From an uncultured archaeon (lineage in GTDB: Archaea; Micrarchaeota; Micrarchaeia; Micrarchaeales; CABMGC01), in NCBI GenBank assembly GCA_963704435.1, contig OY969902.1:1-32000 (forward strand): a stretch of DNA of 32,000 nucleotides, read 5' to 3'. Position numbers and translations under genes: made by a program. The notes beneath the pieces are model-generated. The model had not been told where the DNA came from, ran no database searches, and was given only the letters and a program-made list of their open reading frames with translations. Positions 1-9,276 of the stretch are shown here, piece after piece. Within the stretch, counting starts at the first letter, position 1. Every line of letters begins with the position of its first letter.

Positions 1-1059
1 TAGGGACTTGACAAATTTTAAGTCTTTGCACCCAATATGATTTCGGGGGTTTTCTCTTCTCTTTTTATCGTCGGGAAAATAAGGTCGTGAGTCTCCTGGA
101 CGGCCGATACGTCAGTGTATCGACCGCCTTGCCAGGAGTTGAAGACAATGGAAATCTATGAACTAAAGAATAAAATAATAGAAGTTTGGGCTGCGGCTAA
201 GGTGATCGTGCAGAAGTTCGGGCATACGAGGAAGTTTGCGAAGCATCTTGTCGCCTTTGCGATAAGGCAACATGAGAATCTTACCGACGTAAGACTCGCG
301 GAGTTCCTAGTCAGGGACCCGATAGGAAAGATCCTTGGTTACACGAGGAAGCCGCATCCGTCGACCTTCTCGAAGGTGCGGGAACGGTCGGATGCGGAGA
401 TGTTTGCGGAACTGCACAACTGGATAGTGCAGGACCGGATGAAATCAAGGCAACTGCGACTTATCGTGCAGGACAGTACCGACGTCTTCGCATATTCGCG
501 CAAGGACGGCGATGCGAGGTGGGGGCACAGAACTCCGTCAAGGAAAGAACAACTGATGCAAAACCTCGGCAATGGGAAAGAACTGTTCTTCGGTTATAAA
601 CCACATGTAATCGTAGAAGCCGAGACGGAAACGCCACTTGCAATTGAGGTCATACCTGCGAACACAAACGACAAGAAGATGTTCTGGCCGCTGTACGACA
701 GAGTAAAGAAGACCTTTCAACTGCAGTATCAGTCAAAATACATTGCGGATGCACAGTACCACGCATCAGCGATAAGGATGCAGTTGCGCGACGATGGCCT
801 AACTCCAGTAATCCCGAGAAGCGGCAACAAGTATCTGAAAACAGAGAACCCGAAGGATCCGGAGTATGGGAAGAGGTGGGCCGTCGAACACCTCTTTGCA
901 AGGTTGAAGGAGCTGTTCGGGCTTGCAAAGAACAGGTTCGTTGGCATAAAGAAGGTCAGGATTCACGTGTTTTCCTGCCTCCTCGCAAACCTGATCGAAT
1001 ACGTGATGTGAAGGGGTTTGTATTTGACGAGGTGACTGAATGTAAATGTCAACTCCCTA
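1..1059 (+). mobile_element. Insertion sequence, IS4/IS5-like DDE transposon, apparently full length or nearly so
   Basis: Terminal inverted repeat: left 1-13 TAGGGACTTGACA, right 1047-1059 TGTCAACTCCCTA (reverse complement TAGGGAGTTGACA), 12/13 match, flanking one DDE transposase ORF. The left edge coincides with the window edge, so no target duplication can be read. Confidence 0.8.
115..1011 (+). CDS. DDE transposase (IS4/IS5-like); GTG at 115 or more likely ATG at 148
   Basis: 298 aa ORF with DDE-like blocks VQDSTDV, YIADAQYH and AVEHLFARLKELFGL, enclosed by terminal inverted repeats. Confidence 0.85.
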   Translation: MYRPPCQELKTMEIYELKNKIIEVWAAAKVIVQKFGHTRKFAKHLVAFAIRQHENLTDVRLAEFLVRDPIGKILGYTRKPHPSTFSKVRERSDAEMFAELHNWIVQDRMKSRQLRLIVQDSTDVFAYSRKDGDARWGHRTPSRKEQLMQNLGNGKELFFGYKPHVIVEAETETPLAIEVIPANTNDKKMFWPLYDRVKKTFQLQYQSKYIADAQYHASAIRMQLRDDGLTPVIPRSGNKYLKTENPKDPEYGKRWAVEHLFARLKELFGLAKNRFVGIKKVRIHVFSCLLANLIEYVM

Positions 1060-1168
1060 ATAGAGCAAGGGCGGAACAAAACAAATAAGAACTCCCATGA
1101 CATTAATTACTTGCTTGAATAGCCTACTGTTCTATGCTCGACGCCTGCGTTATCTTTGGTGGCAATGG

Positions 1169-2326
1169 ATGAACTCCTATTTTATCACGCGAGGAGACAT
1201 AAACCTGATGAGCACTAGCGGCTGCGAGATAGAGGCGTATGATTTTACCGAATTCTTTATGGAGCACGACAGAAACGCGGAGATATTAAAAGCATACACC
1301 TTCGACTTGTTCTCGCATAAGCTAAGGCCGTGGCATAAGACCTATAAGAAGAGGTACCGCTTGGTAAAGTCAAGAACGAATAGGTTCCTAAAGGTAAACT
1401 CCCCCCTCTTAGGATATATGTTTATTCATCTCAAAGATTTACCTGACGGGATAATTTATTTCCCATACTCATTCTACGACTATCTGTCAAACATATTCCT
1501 GAAGCGCAAAACGCAGATATTCGTGTTTGCGGGGCATTGCCTTGAGATGCGTACGAAATATCGCACGCTGCGTGGAATCATAAACATCTTTGTCAAGATC
1601 GCATTTAAACTTAATAAAGATACGATATATTTTCAGGCAATCAATTCAGAGCAGAGAGAGTTTGTGCTAAAACTAGGGCTTCCGAAGGAGAACATATTCG
1701 ATATACCTGTTTATATCTTTCCTGGAACGTCGTTTAAGGAGATGCCCCTTCTTCACAACAATTCCAAGAAGCTCAAAGTCCTGCACATCGGAGGGACCAG
1801 CAAGAACTCGATTTTTCTGACTGAGATTTTTGACAAATTAACAGAAGCAAATGAGCTTGACCAGTATGAGTTTTATCTGATGGGAACTAGACAGCCGGAT
1901 GAAGTCGTCCGCTACTCAAAGAAGTACGCGAACGTGAAGATTCTCGGCTACGTAGATGACGTGGAGAAGATCAAGTACCTCCGCCAATCTGATGTCGTAG
2001 TAGTGCCTGCGAATGAGACCTTCTCAACTGCTGCCATTGAGGCCATGGCATGCGGACCCATAGTTATCTCGCAGGAAAATCCAGCAATCAAAGACATGAG
2101 GGACCTGGGTGCTTATCTCTTCATTGTCAATACGAATGATCCTGCCGCATTCATAACCGCATTTGATAAGATAGCGGATCTTAAGAAGTCACCAAAAATT
2201 CTTAATAAGCTCAGACTTGAGAACCAGCGTATCTGCAAAGAGAATTATTCCAGCGAGGTCGCCCTAAGAAAGATGAAGGACCTGTTTGATATTGCCGCAT
2301 CTAGATATAACGATAGGCACGGCTGA
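1169..2326 (+). CDS. GT4-like (GT-B) glycosyltransferase; track ORF starts at 1097 but M25 at 1169 aligns with the paralog N-terminus
   Basis: Motifs LKVLHIGGTSKNS, VKILGYVDDVEKIKYLRQSDVVVVPANETFSTAAIEAMACGPIVIS. Co-linear with the 12639..13772 ORF from MNSYFITRGDINLMSTSGCE onward. Confidence 0.85.
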   Translation: MNSYFITRGDINLMSTSGCEIEAYDFTEFFMEHDRNAEILKAYTFDLFSHKLRPWHKTYKKRYRLVKSRTNRFLKVNSPLLGYMFIHLKDLPDGIIYFPYSFYDYLSNIFLKRKTQIFVFAGHCLEMRTKYRTLRGIINIFVKIAFKLNKDTIYFQAINSEQREFVLKLGLPKENIFDIPVYIFPGTSFKEMPLLHNNSKKLKVLHIGGTSKNSIFLTEIFDKLTEANELDQYEFYLMGTRQPDEVVRYSKKYANVKILGYVDDVEKIKYLRQSDVVVVPANETFSTAAIEAMACGPIVISQENPAIKDMRDLGAYLFIVNTNDPAAFITAFDKIADLKKSPKILNKLRLENQRICKENYSSEVALRKMKDLFDIAASRYNDRHG

Positions 2327-2338
2327 TTAACGAAGATC

Positions 2339-3205
2339 TTATTCAGTCCTATCCTGTTTCTGAAGTCTGAGCCATTTCGGGAGGTCAGGGCGTATCCTCC
2401 TCATCGTGTAGAGGTCTGTCTCGCTCAGTTCGGCCCCCCTAGAATTGAAATTCTTCCAGTCGTCATGAGCCGCACTTATGAGTTTTCCAGTTAGGCCATC
2501 AGACGCTCTGGATGCCAGAAACACGACTAGGCTTGCCGGCAGCTCTAACGGGATACTTCCAGAACCAAGCGCATTTCCAGATGTCACAGGATCTTTCCTA
2601 CCGATGGCCTCAGAAATCTCCTGGTTTATCTTTGTAAGGATCTTTCCCGGAGCAACAGCATTAACATCAATTCCCTGCTGCCGGACTTCCTCCGCGAGCG
2701 TCTCCGTAAACCTGATTATTGCCGATTTCGAGGAAGCGTAAGCCGAAAAGTTAATCCAGGGCCCTTCGCCCGCTCCGGCTATGTTAATGATTTTCCCGTA
2801 GCGTTTTTCAATCAGAGTAGGCAATACTGTCCGCGTGCAGAGGAAAGTGCCTATCAGGTTGACTTGGATGGTCCTTATCCAGTCCCGAACTTTGACCTGG
2901 CCCGTAAGCCCTATCGGTCCAATTATGCCTGCATTGTTAACAAGAATGTCGATAGTTCCGAATTTGGACAGCGCCAGCTGGACCATTCTTTTGACATCCT
3001 CCTCCTTTGAAACGTCTCCTTTAAACGTAACGATATTGTCCTTAGGAAGCCCCGTCTCTCTCGCAACAAGTTGAAGTTCCCCCATTGTTCGCGACGCAAG
3101 CAGCAACTTTGCGCCATCCTTCGCCATAGCGATAGCAATGGCCCTTCCCAATCCTCTGCCGCCTCCGGTAACGATTGCAACCCTTCCTTTGAGCTTCATG
3201 CTCAT
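2339..3205 (-). CDS. Short-chain dehydrogenase/reductase (SDR)
   Basis: VAIVTGGGRGLGRA cofactor motif, NNAG, YASSK (YxxxK) active site. Confidence 0.9.
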   Translation of the reverse strand: MSMKLKGRVAIVTGGGRGLGRAIAIAMAKDGAKLLLASRTMGELQLVARETGLPKDNIVTFKGDVSKEEDVKRMVQLALSKFGTIDILVNNAGIIGPIGLTGQVKVRDWIRTIQVNLIGTFLCTRTVLPTLIEKRYGKIINIAGAGEGPWINFSAYASSKSAIIRFTETLAEEVRQQGIDVNAVAPGKILTKINQEISEAIGRKDPVTSGNALGSGSIPLELPASLVVFLASRASDGLTGKLISAAHDDWKNFNSRGAELSETDLYTMRRIRPDLPKWLRLQKQDRTE

Positions 3206-3223
3206 AATTCATCGCCATTTCTC

Positions 3224-4579
3224 TTACGGCTTAGCCCTTTTCGCCAGCCCAGATTCCTCGTTAGCCTGCCCCCTTCCCACCCCAACATAGAGAAAGCCGC
3301 AGGCGGCCATCTTGTCTTTGTCTAGCATGTTCAGCGGGTCTATGATTACTGGGTGCGACATCCTGGATTTAAGCTTTGCAAAGTCGAGGTCCCTAAACTC
3401 TGGCCATGCAGTGAGGAAAAGCAGTGCATCTGAAGAGTCAGCGACAGAACCCGCATCAGCGCACCTCTTGAAATTAGCTTCCCTCGTCATGTCGCTGAGA
3501 TCCGCCTGCGGGTCGTAAGCCTTGATTGACGCTCCTTTTCTAACAAGCCCCGCGATTATATCGATGGAAGTGGAGTGCCTAACGGCGCTCGTGCCGGGCT
3601 TGTATGCAAGACCAAACACTCCTATGCGCAACCCTCTGACCTTGCCAAAGATTTGCTTGAGCTTATTTCCGACTATCAGGTTCTGGCTGACATTCACGCG
3701 CATCATTGAGTCGAGCAGGGTAGTCTCAACGCCATTCTTCTTCCCCAGCTCCCTAAGGACGTTCACATCCCTTTCCAAGTGCCCGCCCCCGAAGCCGAGT
3801 CCAGGGCGCAGGAGCGCGTACTTCCCTATTCTTGGGTCTAGGCGCAGCGCCTCGACTACTCGGAATGCGTCTATTCCTAGCCCGTCGCAGAGGTTGCCGA
3901 GCTCATTCGCCAAGCTTACCTCGCACGCAAGGAATGCGTTTACTGAGTGCTTCACCATCTCCGCCGTCCTGAGGTCGACCTTTATCTTCGGTGATGTGAC
4001 GAATCTGTAGATCCGTTCGGCCTTCTTGATATCCTTACTGTTGGTGCCTCCAATCACTAGAAAATCGGGTGATTTGAACCGCGCAATTGCATCACCAAGC
4101 TTAATATTTTCAGGGACGCAGACGATCCCTAAGTCAAGCGCAGGCCTCCTTCTCTTGACTAATGCCCTTATCTGCTCGCATGTGCCAACCGGAACCTGGC
4201 TGCTTACGACCAACAGAGTACCGTTACGGAGGTAAGGAACGGCCCTTGTTATGCTTTGGAGAATGGGCGACAGGTCCGGCAAGCCATTCTCCTTTACCGG
4301 CGTGTCAAATGCGATGGCCACGTAGCCTGCGCCAGCCAATCCAGAGCGGAAGTCGGACGTAAACGAGAGCATGCCTTTCCTTTCCTGCTCCTTGACGAGC
4401 TTGGCCAGCCCTGGCTCCTGGACGGGAGGGATTCCGTTCCTGAGCCTTGAAATGGTCTCGGGGTTTGGGTCGATGCCGACCACGCTGTTGCCGCATGCGG
4501 ACAGGCAGGCTGCAGTAACTGTTCCGAGATGCCAGAGTCCAATTACAGCTACATTCCCCTCTTTATCGATGCCTTTCAT
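3224..4579 (-). CDS. UDP-glucose/GDP-mannose dehydrogenase superfamily protein, with catalytic Cys position substituted
   Basis: VAVIGLWHLGTVTAACL Rossmann motif, VKHSVNAFLACEVSLANELGNLC, IGVFGLAYKPGTSAVRHSTS. The usual GFGGSCFPKD is GFGGGHLERD. Confidence 0.85.
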   Translation of the reverse strand: MKGIDKEGNVAVIGLWHLGTVTAACLSACGNSVVGIDPNPETISRLRNGIPPVQEPGLAKLVKEQERKGMLSFTSDFRSGLAGAGYVAIAFDTPVKENGLPDLSPILQSITRAVPYLRNGTLLVVSSQVPVGTCEQIRALVKRRRPALDLGIVCVPENIKLGDAIARFKSPDFLVIGGTNSKDIKKAERIYRFVTSPKIKVDLRTAEMVKHSVNAFLACEVSLANELGNLCDGLGIDAFRVVEALRLDPRIGKYALLRPGLGFGGGHLERDVNVLRELGKKNGVETTLLDSMMRVNVSQNLIVGNKLKQIFGKVRGLRIGVFGLAYKPGTSAVRHSTSIDIIAGLVRKGASIKAYDPQADLSDMTREANFKRCADAGSVADSSDALLFLTAWPEFRDLDFAKLKSRMSHPVIIDPLNMLDKDKMAACGFLYVGVGRGQANEESGLAKRAKP

Positions 4580-4695
4580 GCAAACCTCTCATACAAATAT
4601 CGAAATACGTTATTTATCTATTTATGTCATTTATATAACAGTATCAACTCTCGGCCGTAAGGGCACAGAATAGAAGGGTTGACGAGGTAGAGATT

Positions 4696-5673
4696 ATGGC
4701 GAAATTCGCGGTAACGGGAGGCGCAGGACTTATCGGAAGTCACGTCGTGAAAGGATTGATTGATAAGGGACATGATGTGTCGATTATCGACAACTCCTCG
4801 TCAGGATCCGTCCAGAACCTTAAGGACCTGGGCGTTGATCAAGAACCCATTAGTGGCGACTTGAAGGATTATGGTTTCACGAGGGATGTGTTGAAGGGCG
4901 CAGATACCGTATTTCACTTCGCTGCAGAAGTGGGGAGCGTAGCCTATCTCCACGGCTCAAAAGCCAAGGAGCTGACCACCTGGCTGACGAACTCTACGAT
5001 AGACGCGAACGTGTTCAAGGCATGCCTCGAGAATAATGTGGGCAGCATAATATACGCGTCGAGCGCCGCGGTATATCCCTTGGACCTGCAGTTCGGCGCC
5101 GATGTGCAGTTCAAGGAAGAGGACTCAGAGCTCAGAACAAATCCCGACGGGGGATATGGCTGGGCAAAGTTCGTAGCAGAGAAGCAGCTCGCGATGATGC
5201 CCGACGTGCCTTCCGGAGCCGTACGCATGTTCAACGTATACGGAGACAACATCTACCTCAAGGAGGACAGGAGCCCTGTGATAGGATCTCTAATCAGAAA
5301 GGCGATAAACTATCCCAAAGAGGATTTCGTGGTTTGGGGAGACGGGTCCCAGAAAAGGTGCTTCGTGTCCGTTGACGATGTCATCGATGCGCTCTTTAGG
5401 ATTCACGAGCATGTGAAAAGTAAGGGAAGCCTTACCGTAAACGTCGGCTCTACCGATGAAATAAACGTGGGCGACCTTGCGCGGACCATAATAGCCATAT
5501 CCAAGAAAGACATACCTTTGAAGTTCGATACGAGCAAGCCCTCAGGCACGCTCAATAGGATGCCAAACATTGACCTGGCCAAACAGGTCCTTGGCTGGGC
5601 TCCGAGCACGAGCATGGATGAAGGGCTCAGGAAGACATATGCTTGGGCCGAGAAGCGCCTTGCAAAAGGCTGA
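4696..5673 (+). CDS. NAD-dependent epimerase/dehydratase (extended SDR, nucleotide-sugar type)
   Basis: FAVTGGAGLIGSHVV, SSAAVYP, YGWAK (YxxxK), RMFNVYGDN motifs. Confidence 0.9.
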   Translation: MAKFAVTGGAGLIGSHVVKGLIDKGHDVSIIDNSSSGSVQNLKDLGVDQEPISGDLKDYGFTRDVLKGADTVFHFAAEVGSVAYLHGSKAKELTTWLTNSTIDANVFKACLENNVGSIIYASSAAVYPLDLQFGADVQFKEEDSELRTNPDGGYGWAKFVAEKQLAMMPDVPSGAVRMFNVYGDNIYLKEDRSPVIGSLIRKAINYPKEDFVVWGDGSQKRCFVSVDDVIDALFRIHEHVKSKGSLTVNVGSTDEINVGDLARTIIAISKKDIPLKFDTSKPSGTLNRMPNIDLAKQVLGWAPSTSMDEGLRKTYAWAEKRLAKG

Positions 5674-5710
5674 GTGCGCTGCCTGTTGGGTAATTGCGTC
5701 TAATTCCCAA

Positions 5711-6397
5711 TCATATCTTCTCGAGATTCAGGCATGCTACAGAATTCGTCACAGAATCGAACTTGGAACTCGCTGCTTGCAATTCACCCACTTTGCTTAT
5801 CTTCGTGCGGGACTTTATCTGGTAGAATTCCTTGCTTAATACTCTGAAGCCCTTAAGCAGCTCTGCCAGATCTTTGCTGTCGTAGACTCTCTGGAAGTTA
5901 TCTCTCACTTGATGCATTCCACACGGCGCAGTGAATATGAACTGGCCTCTTGGTTTCAGCAGTCCGTGCACCTTCGCAACAGCTTTCTTGTCCGCATCGA
6001 GGTCATACTTAGCGTTGCCGTAGTGGAACAGGCCAAAGTGCTCTATGGCGCTGATGTTTATTGCAATGTCGAATTTCTTTTGAAAATAGTATTCAAGGAA
6101 ATCCGCTCTGATGAATTCAAGGTTATCGTGCTTGTAGTTGTACTCCTGCATATCTATCCCAGTCACGGCATATCCCAGCGCAGCAAGCCTTACGGGGTTT
6201 ATGCTTTCGCTGCATCCGATATCTAATACGCTAAGCGGAGGAGGACGCAGGTTCTTGAAAAGGAAGGGGATCTCGACGATCCTCTCGCTGTAGTACGCGG
6301 CTGTCCATGGCAGGTGGCCATAGCCTTCATTTACTATGTAGCCTTTCATAAAGCGATTGCAGCCAGCACTCCATGCCTTGCCAAATATGCTCATCAT
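5711..6397 (-). CDS. Class I SAM-dependent methyltransferase
   Basis: VLDIGCSESINPVRLAALGYAVTGIDMQ, followed by FDIAINISAIEHFG. Confidence 0.75.
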   Translation of the reverse strand: MMSIFGKAWSAGCNRFMKGYIVNEGYGHLPWTAAYYSERIVEIPFLFKNLRPPPLSVLDIGCSESINPVRLAALGYAVTGIDMQEYNYKHDNLEFIRADFLEYYFQKKFDIAINISAIEHFGLFHYGNAKYDLDADKKAVAKVHGLLKPRGQFIFTAPCGMHQVRDNFQRVYDSKDLAELLKGFRVLSKEFYQIKSRTKISKVGELQAASSKFDSVTNSVACLNLEKI

Positions 6398-6489
6398 AAC
6401 GCCTCTCTTACCCTAACACAGCAGGTTACAAATTTTTCAATGTGCATCTACCTGATATGGATTTATGGCATTCAGTTCTTTAATCTTCA

Positions 6490-7254
6490 CTAAAGATTTT
6501 TCATCTTTGCATAGAGATAGCCTGTCTGTGCCTTTCTATCATCTATGCTGGCGCACGGGCTAGTATGAGAGACGGCGAATCCGAGATTTTTAAGCTTCCT
6601 CTCGATATTCAGATATCCTTGGTGATACTCCATCACTATTCTGTCATATTCCGCCAGTCTCTTTGCATTGAGTATGATCTCATACTCGCAGCCCTCGCAG
6701 TCGATTTTCAGCTCTTTCAATTCTCCTTTGAACTCTTCGGCGAACTCGTCGACGGTCCTGCTCGACGCCGCCTTGTTGAAGAGCTTCGCGTTGGTTATGC
6801 CATTCAGAGAGAGGTTCTTCCGTGCAAGCAGATACCTTTTCTCATCCGGGTCATAGGAGTGCAGCGCCTTGGCCCCTTTTAGGGAGAAATATATTGGGGT
6901 GTCTCCGTTTCCGGTGCCTATGTCGAGCACGGCTTTGCCTTTCGATTCTAGCCAGCCATATGCTTGGCGGACAAAGACCTCTTCGTAATCGACATCGCCT
7001 GTGAATAGCAGGGGCTTGCCGCCGTAGTCTCCATTGTTGAACTCGACCTTCGTTATCTCTCCGTCAACCTCCACCCTGACTTTGCCCAGGGCATTCATAC
7101 GGGGAGATCTTGGAAATAGCTTAAGCTTGGCTAAGCCTGCGTAATGGAGCAGAATCGGTTTTGGGCTGATTCTAAGCCTGAGATAGTCGAGTTTTGTTAT
7201 GTTGGCCATCCGCATACTCCTCCGTAATACGCCTGCCTGATTCCTCCGGTTCAC
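6490..7254 (-). CDS. FkbM-family methyltransferase (start possibly M17, 7206)
   Basis: AVLDIGTGNGDTPIYFSLKGAK...YDPDEKRY and KIDCEGCEYEII are FkbM-type signatures. Confidence 0.8.
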   Translation of the reverse strand: MNRRNQAGVLRRSMRMANITKLDYLRLRISPKPILLHYAGLAKLKLFPRSPRMNALGKVRVEVDGEITKVEFNNGDYGGKPLLFTGDVDYEEVFVRQAYGWLESKGKAVLDIGTGNGDTPIYFSLKGAKALHSYDPDEKRYLLARKNLSLNGITNAKLFNKAASSRTVDEFAEEFKGELKELKIDCEGCEYEIILNAKRLAEYDRIVMEYHQGYLNIERKLKNLGFAVSHTSPCASIDDRKAQTGYLYAKMKNL

Positions 7255-7278
7255 TTAACCTATTTTACCGTGGAAAAG

Positions 7279-8007
7279 TCAAAGGGTGTAGCCCGAGGCT
7301 TTCGCGTCATCATAGAACATCTGCACTGTTTCAAGTGAGTATTGGGTCAGGTCCTTCCCGAATAGCGCGAGCTGCTTCTGGATGTCCGGCGTGATCGTTA
7401 TGATGTGGCAGCCGCTCTCCGCAGCCTGTCTTACATTCAGGACCTCCCTCGGGCTGGCCCACAGGACCTCCGATAGGGGATTGGAGCTCATTATCTTGAC
7501 CATTTCTCTCGCTACTTCCATAGGGTCTACACCAGCATTTGCAGCGCGCCCAGCGAAGTACGAGACTATGCTCGGGGTGTCGTGGGAGAGAGCCTTCGAT
7601 ACTGCGATGACCTGATCGATAGTAAGTATGGCGGTGATGTTCAGCATAAGGCCATCGTTCGACAGTTCTTCTATAAGTGGCGTAGTGCTCACCCCTTTCG
7701 TATTAGTGATAGGTATCTTTACGTAGATGTTCTCGCCCCAGCTCGATATCTTGCGCGCCTGCCTCCCCATCTCCTTGAGTTCGTCGGAGATGACCTCATA
7801 GGATATTGAGTACTCCTTAGGTATGGCGTCTCTCATGGACTTGGCGAACTCCTCATAGTTGGCCACACCCGCCTTCCGCATCAGGGTCGGGTTTGTCGTG
7901 AATCCGCTGACTACTCCATCGTTGATCGCAGCCAGCATTTCCTTCGTGTTCGCTCCATCAGAAAACAGTTTTATTCCATATTGCGTTGTACCGCTCATTC
8001 GTTTCAC
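7279..8007 (-). CDS. tal: Transaldolase / small transaldolase-like family
   Basis: IKLFSDGANTKEM...GFTTNPTLMRKAG, YVKIPITNTKG (Schiff-base Lys), NITAILTIDQ. Confidence 0.88.
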   Translation of the reverse strand: MKRMSGTTQYGIKLFSDGANTKEMLAAINDGVVSGFTTNPTLMRKAGVANYEEFAKSMRDAIPKEYSISYEVISDELKEMGRQARKISSWGENIYVKIPITNTKGVSTTPLIEELSNDGLMLNITAILTIDQVIAVSKALSHDTPSIVSYFAGRAANAGVDPMEVAREMVKIMSSNPLSEVLWASPREVLNVRQAAESGCHIITITPDIQKQLALFGKDLTQYSLETVQMFYDDAKASGYTL

Positions 8008-8022
8008 CTTGTAAGCATGTTA

Positions 8023-8616
8023 TTAGTATGGTCTTTTCTCATTCTTAAGTATTATGTCCGCAGCGTCAGCCAGGTCCCTAGCCATGAAATCCGGCTTGCT
8101 CTGTCCGCGCTTGTGCGCAGACCTTGGCTCCTCTATAAGTATTGTCCTAGTTCCCGCTGCCTTCCCTGCCTCGATGTCGCTGTCCCTGTCGCCCACCATC
8201 CAGGAATCCGGAAGGCTGACGCCATGCTCTTTCTCTGCCTTAAGGAGCAGGCCGGGCTTCGGCTTGCGGCAGTCGCACGGGCCGGAGTATTCCGGAACCA
8301 CGCCCTCGGGGTGGTGGTAGCAATAGTAGTACGCGCTGAAGCGTATCCCTTGGAATGTCAGTTCCAAGTGGAGCTTATTCTGCACTGCCTCCAGAGCTTC
8401 CAGCGATGCGAATCCCTTTGCGTAGTCGGGCTGGTTCGATACGAGGAACAGCGAGTAGCCTGCGCTCTGGATTCTCCTGAGCGATGGAATCGCGCACGGG
8501 AATAGCCTAAGCTCATCGGGATTGAAAGGAGGGCCGTAATCCTTCATTGAGGGGCGCAGCACCTGCTCGTTTATTACTCCGTCCCTGTCCAGGAAAACGG
8601 CTGTGGCACTTCGCAT
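8023..8616 (-). CDS. gmhB: HAD-family histidinol-phosphatase/heptose-bisphosphate phosphatase (GmhB-like)
   Basis: FLDRDGVIN, Zn-binding-like YYCYHHPEG...CDCRKPKPG, WMVGDRDSDIEAG. Confidence 0.82.
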   Translation of the reverse strand: MRSATAVFLDRDGVINEQVLRPSMKDYGPPFNPDELRLFPCAIPSLRRIQSAGYSLFLVSNQPDYAKGFASLEALEAVQNKLHLELTFQGIRFSAYYYCYHHPEGVVPEYSGPCDCRKPKPGLLLKAEKEHGVSLPDSWMVGDRDSDIEAGKAAGTRTILIEEPRSAHKRGQSKPDFMARDLADAADIILKNEKRPY

Positions 8617-8629
8617 TAGCTCACTTGTC

Positions 8630-9262
8630 CTATTTCGTGCTCTCCCACTTCATCTCAAACTTTTGCAGGTCTGGGCTCGATACGAGCATGTGCCATATGA
8701 CCCCCTGGTAGGCCTCGGTGTGCGGCGTTACGGTCGCGTCATTCACGGTTGGGATTATCACGCAGGCATCCGCCACCTTCGCAGTGAAGCCTCCATCGCG
8801 CCCGACTATCCCCATGACGCTGGCTCCGACCTCTTTCGCGTATTTCAGCGCCTCTACGAGGTTTGGGCTGACGTTCTTCTCGGCGTTTCCGCCTCCGACA
8901 GAGAGCACGAATACGGCGTCCTTGTCGTTTAGCTTGCTTCCCCTGAGCCAGTTGACGAATACGCTGGCCCAGCCGTCGTCGTTTACCCTGGCGGTCAGCT
9001 CGGAAGCGTTGTCCGTAGGCGCGTAGGACTCGGTTCCCGTTATCTTCCTGAGGTCGTTGACCATGTGCGATGCGTTGCCTGCGCCCCCTCCTACGCCGAG
9101 TATGAACACCCTGCCTCCTCTCTCCCTCACCTTGACGAGCTCGTCGCTGACCCTCATTATCTGCGCCAGCTCAAGCTTTTCAATAATCCTGACGCAGTCG
9201 CCAAGATAAGTCTTGATGTGCGCTTCCTGCGCCGCATCTCCCTTTTGGTTAATGGTATCCAT
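8630..9262 (-). CDS. gmhA: SIS-domain phosphoheptose isomerase-like protein (GmhA-like)
   Basis: VFILGVGGGAGNASHMVNDLRK and VFVLSVGGGNAEKNVSPNLVEALKYAKEVGASVMGIVGRDGG; position within the heptose gene set. Confidence 0.8.
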   Translation of the reverse strand: MDTINQKGDAAQEAHIKTYLGDCVRIIEKLELAQIMRVSDELVKVRERGGRVFILGVGGGAGNASHMVNDLRKITGTESYAPTDNASELTARVNDDGWASVFVNWLRGSKLNDKDAVFVLSVGGGNAEKNVSPNLVEALKYAKEVGASVMGIVGRDGGFTAKVADACVIIPTVNDATVTPHTEAYQGVIWHMLVSSPDLQKFEMKWESTK

Positions 9263-9276
9263 GTCATTCCCTATCT

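Noticed and set aside
1097-1168. N-terminal extension of the first GT (MTLITCLNSLLFYARRLRYLWWQW)
   Set aside because: The paralog at 12639 begins at the residue equivalent to M25. The 5' part is IS-proximal intergenic sequence.
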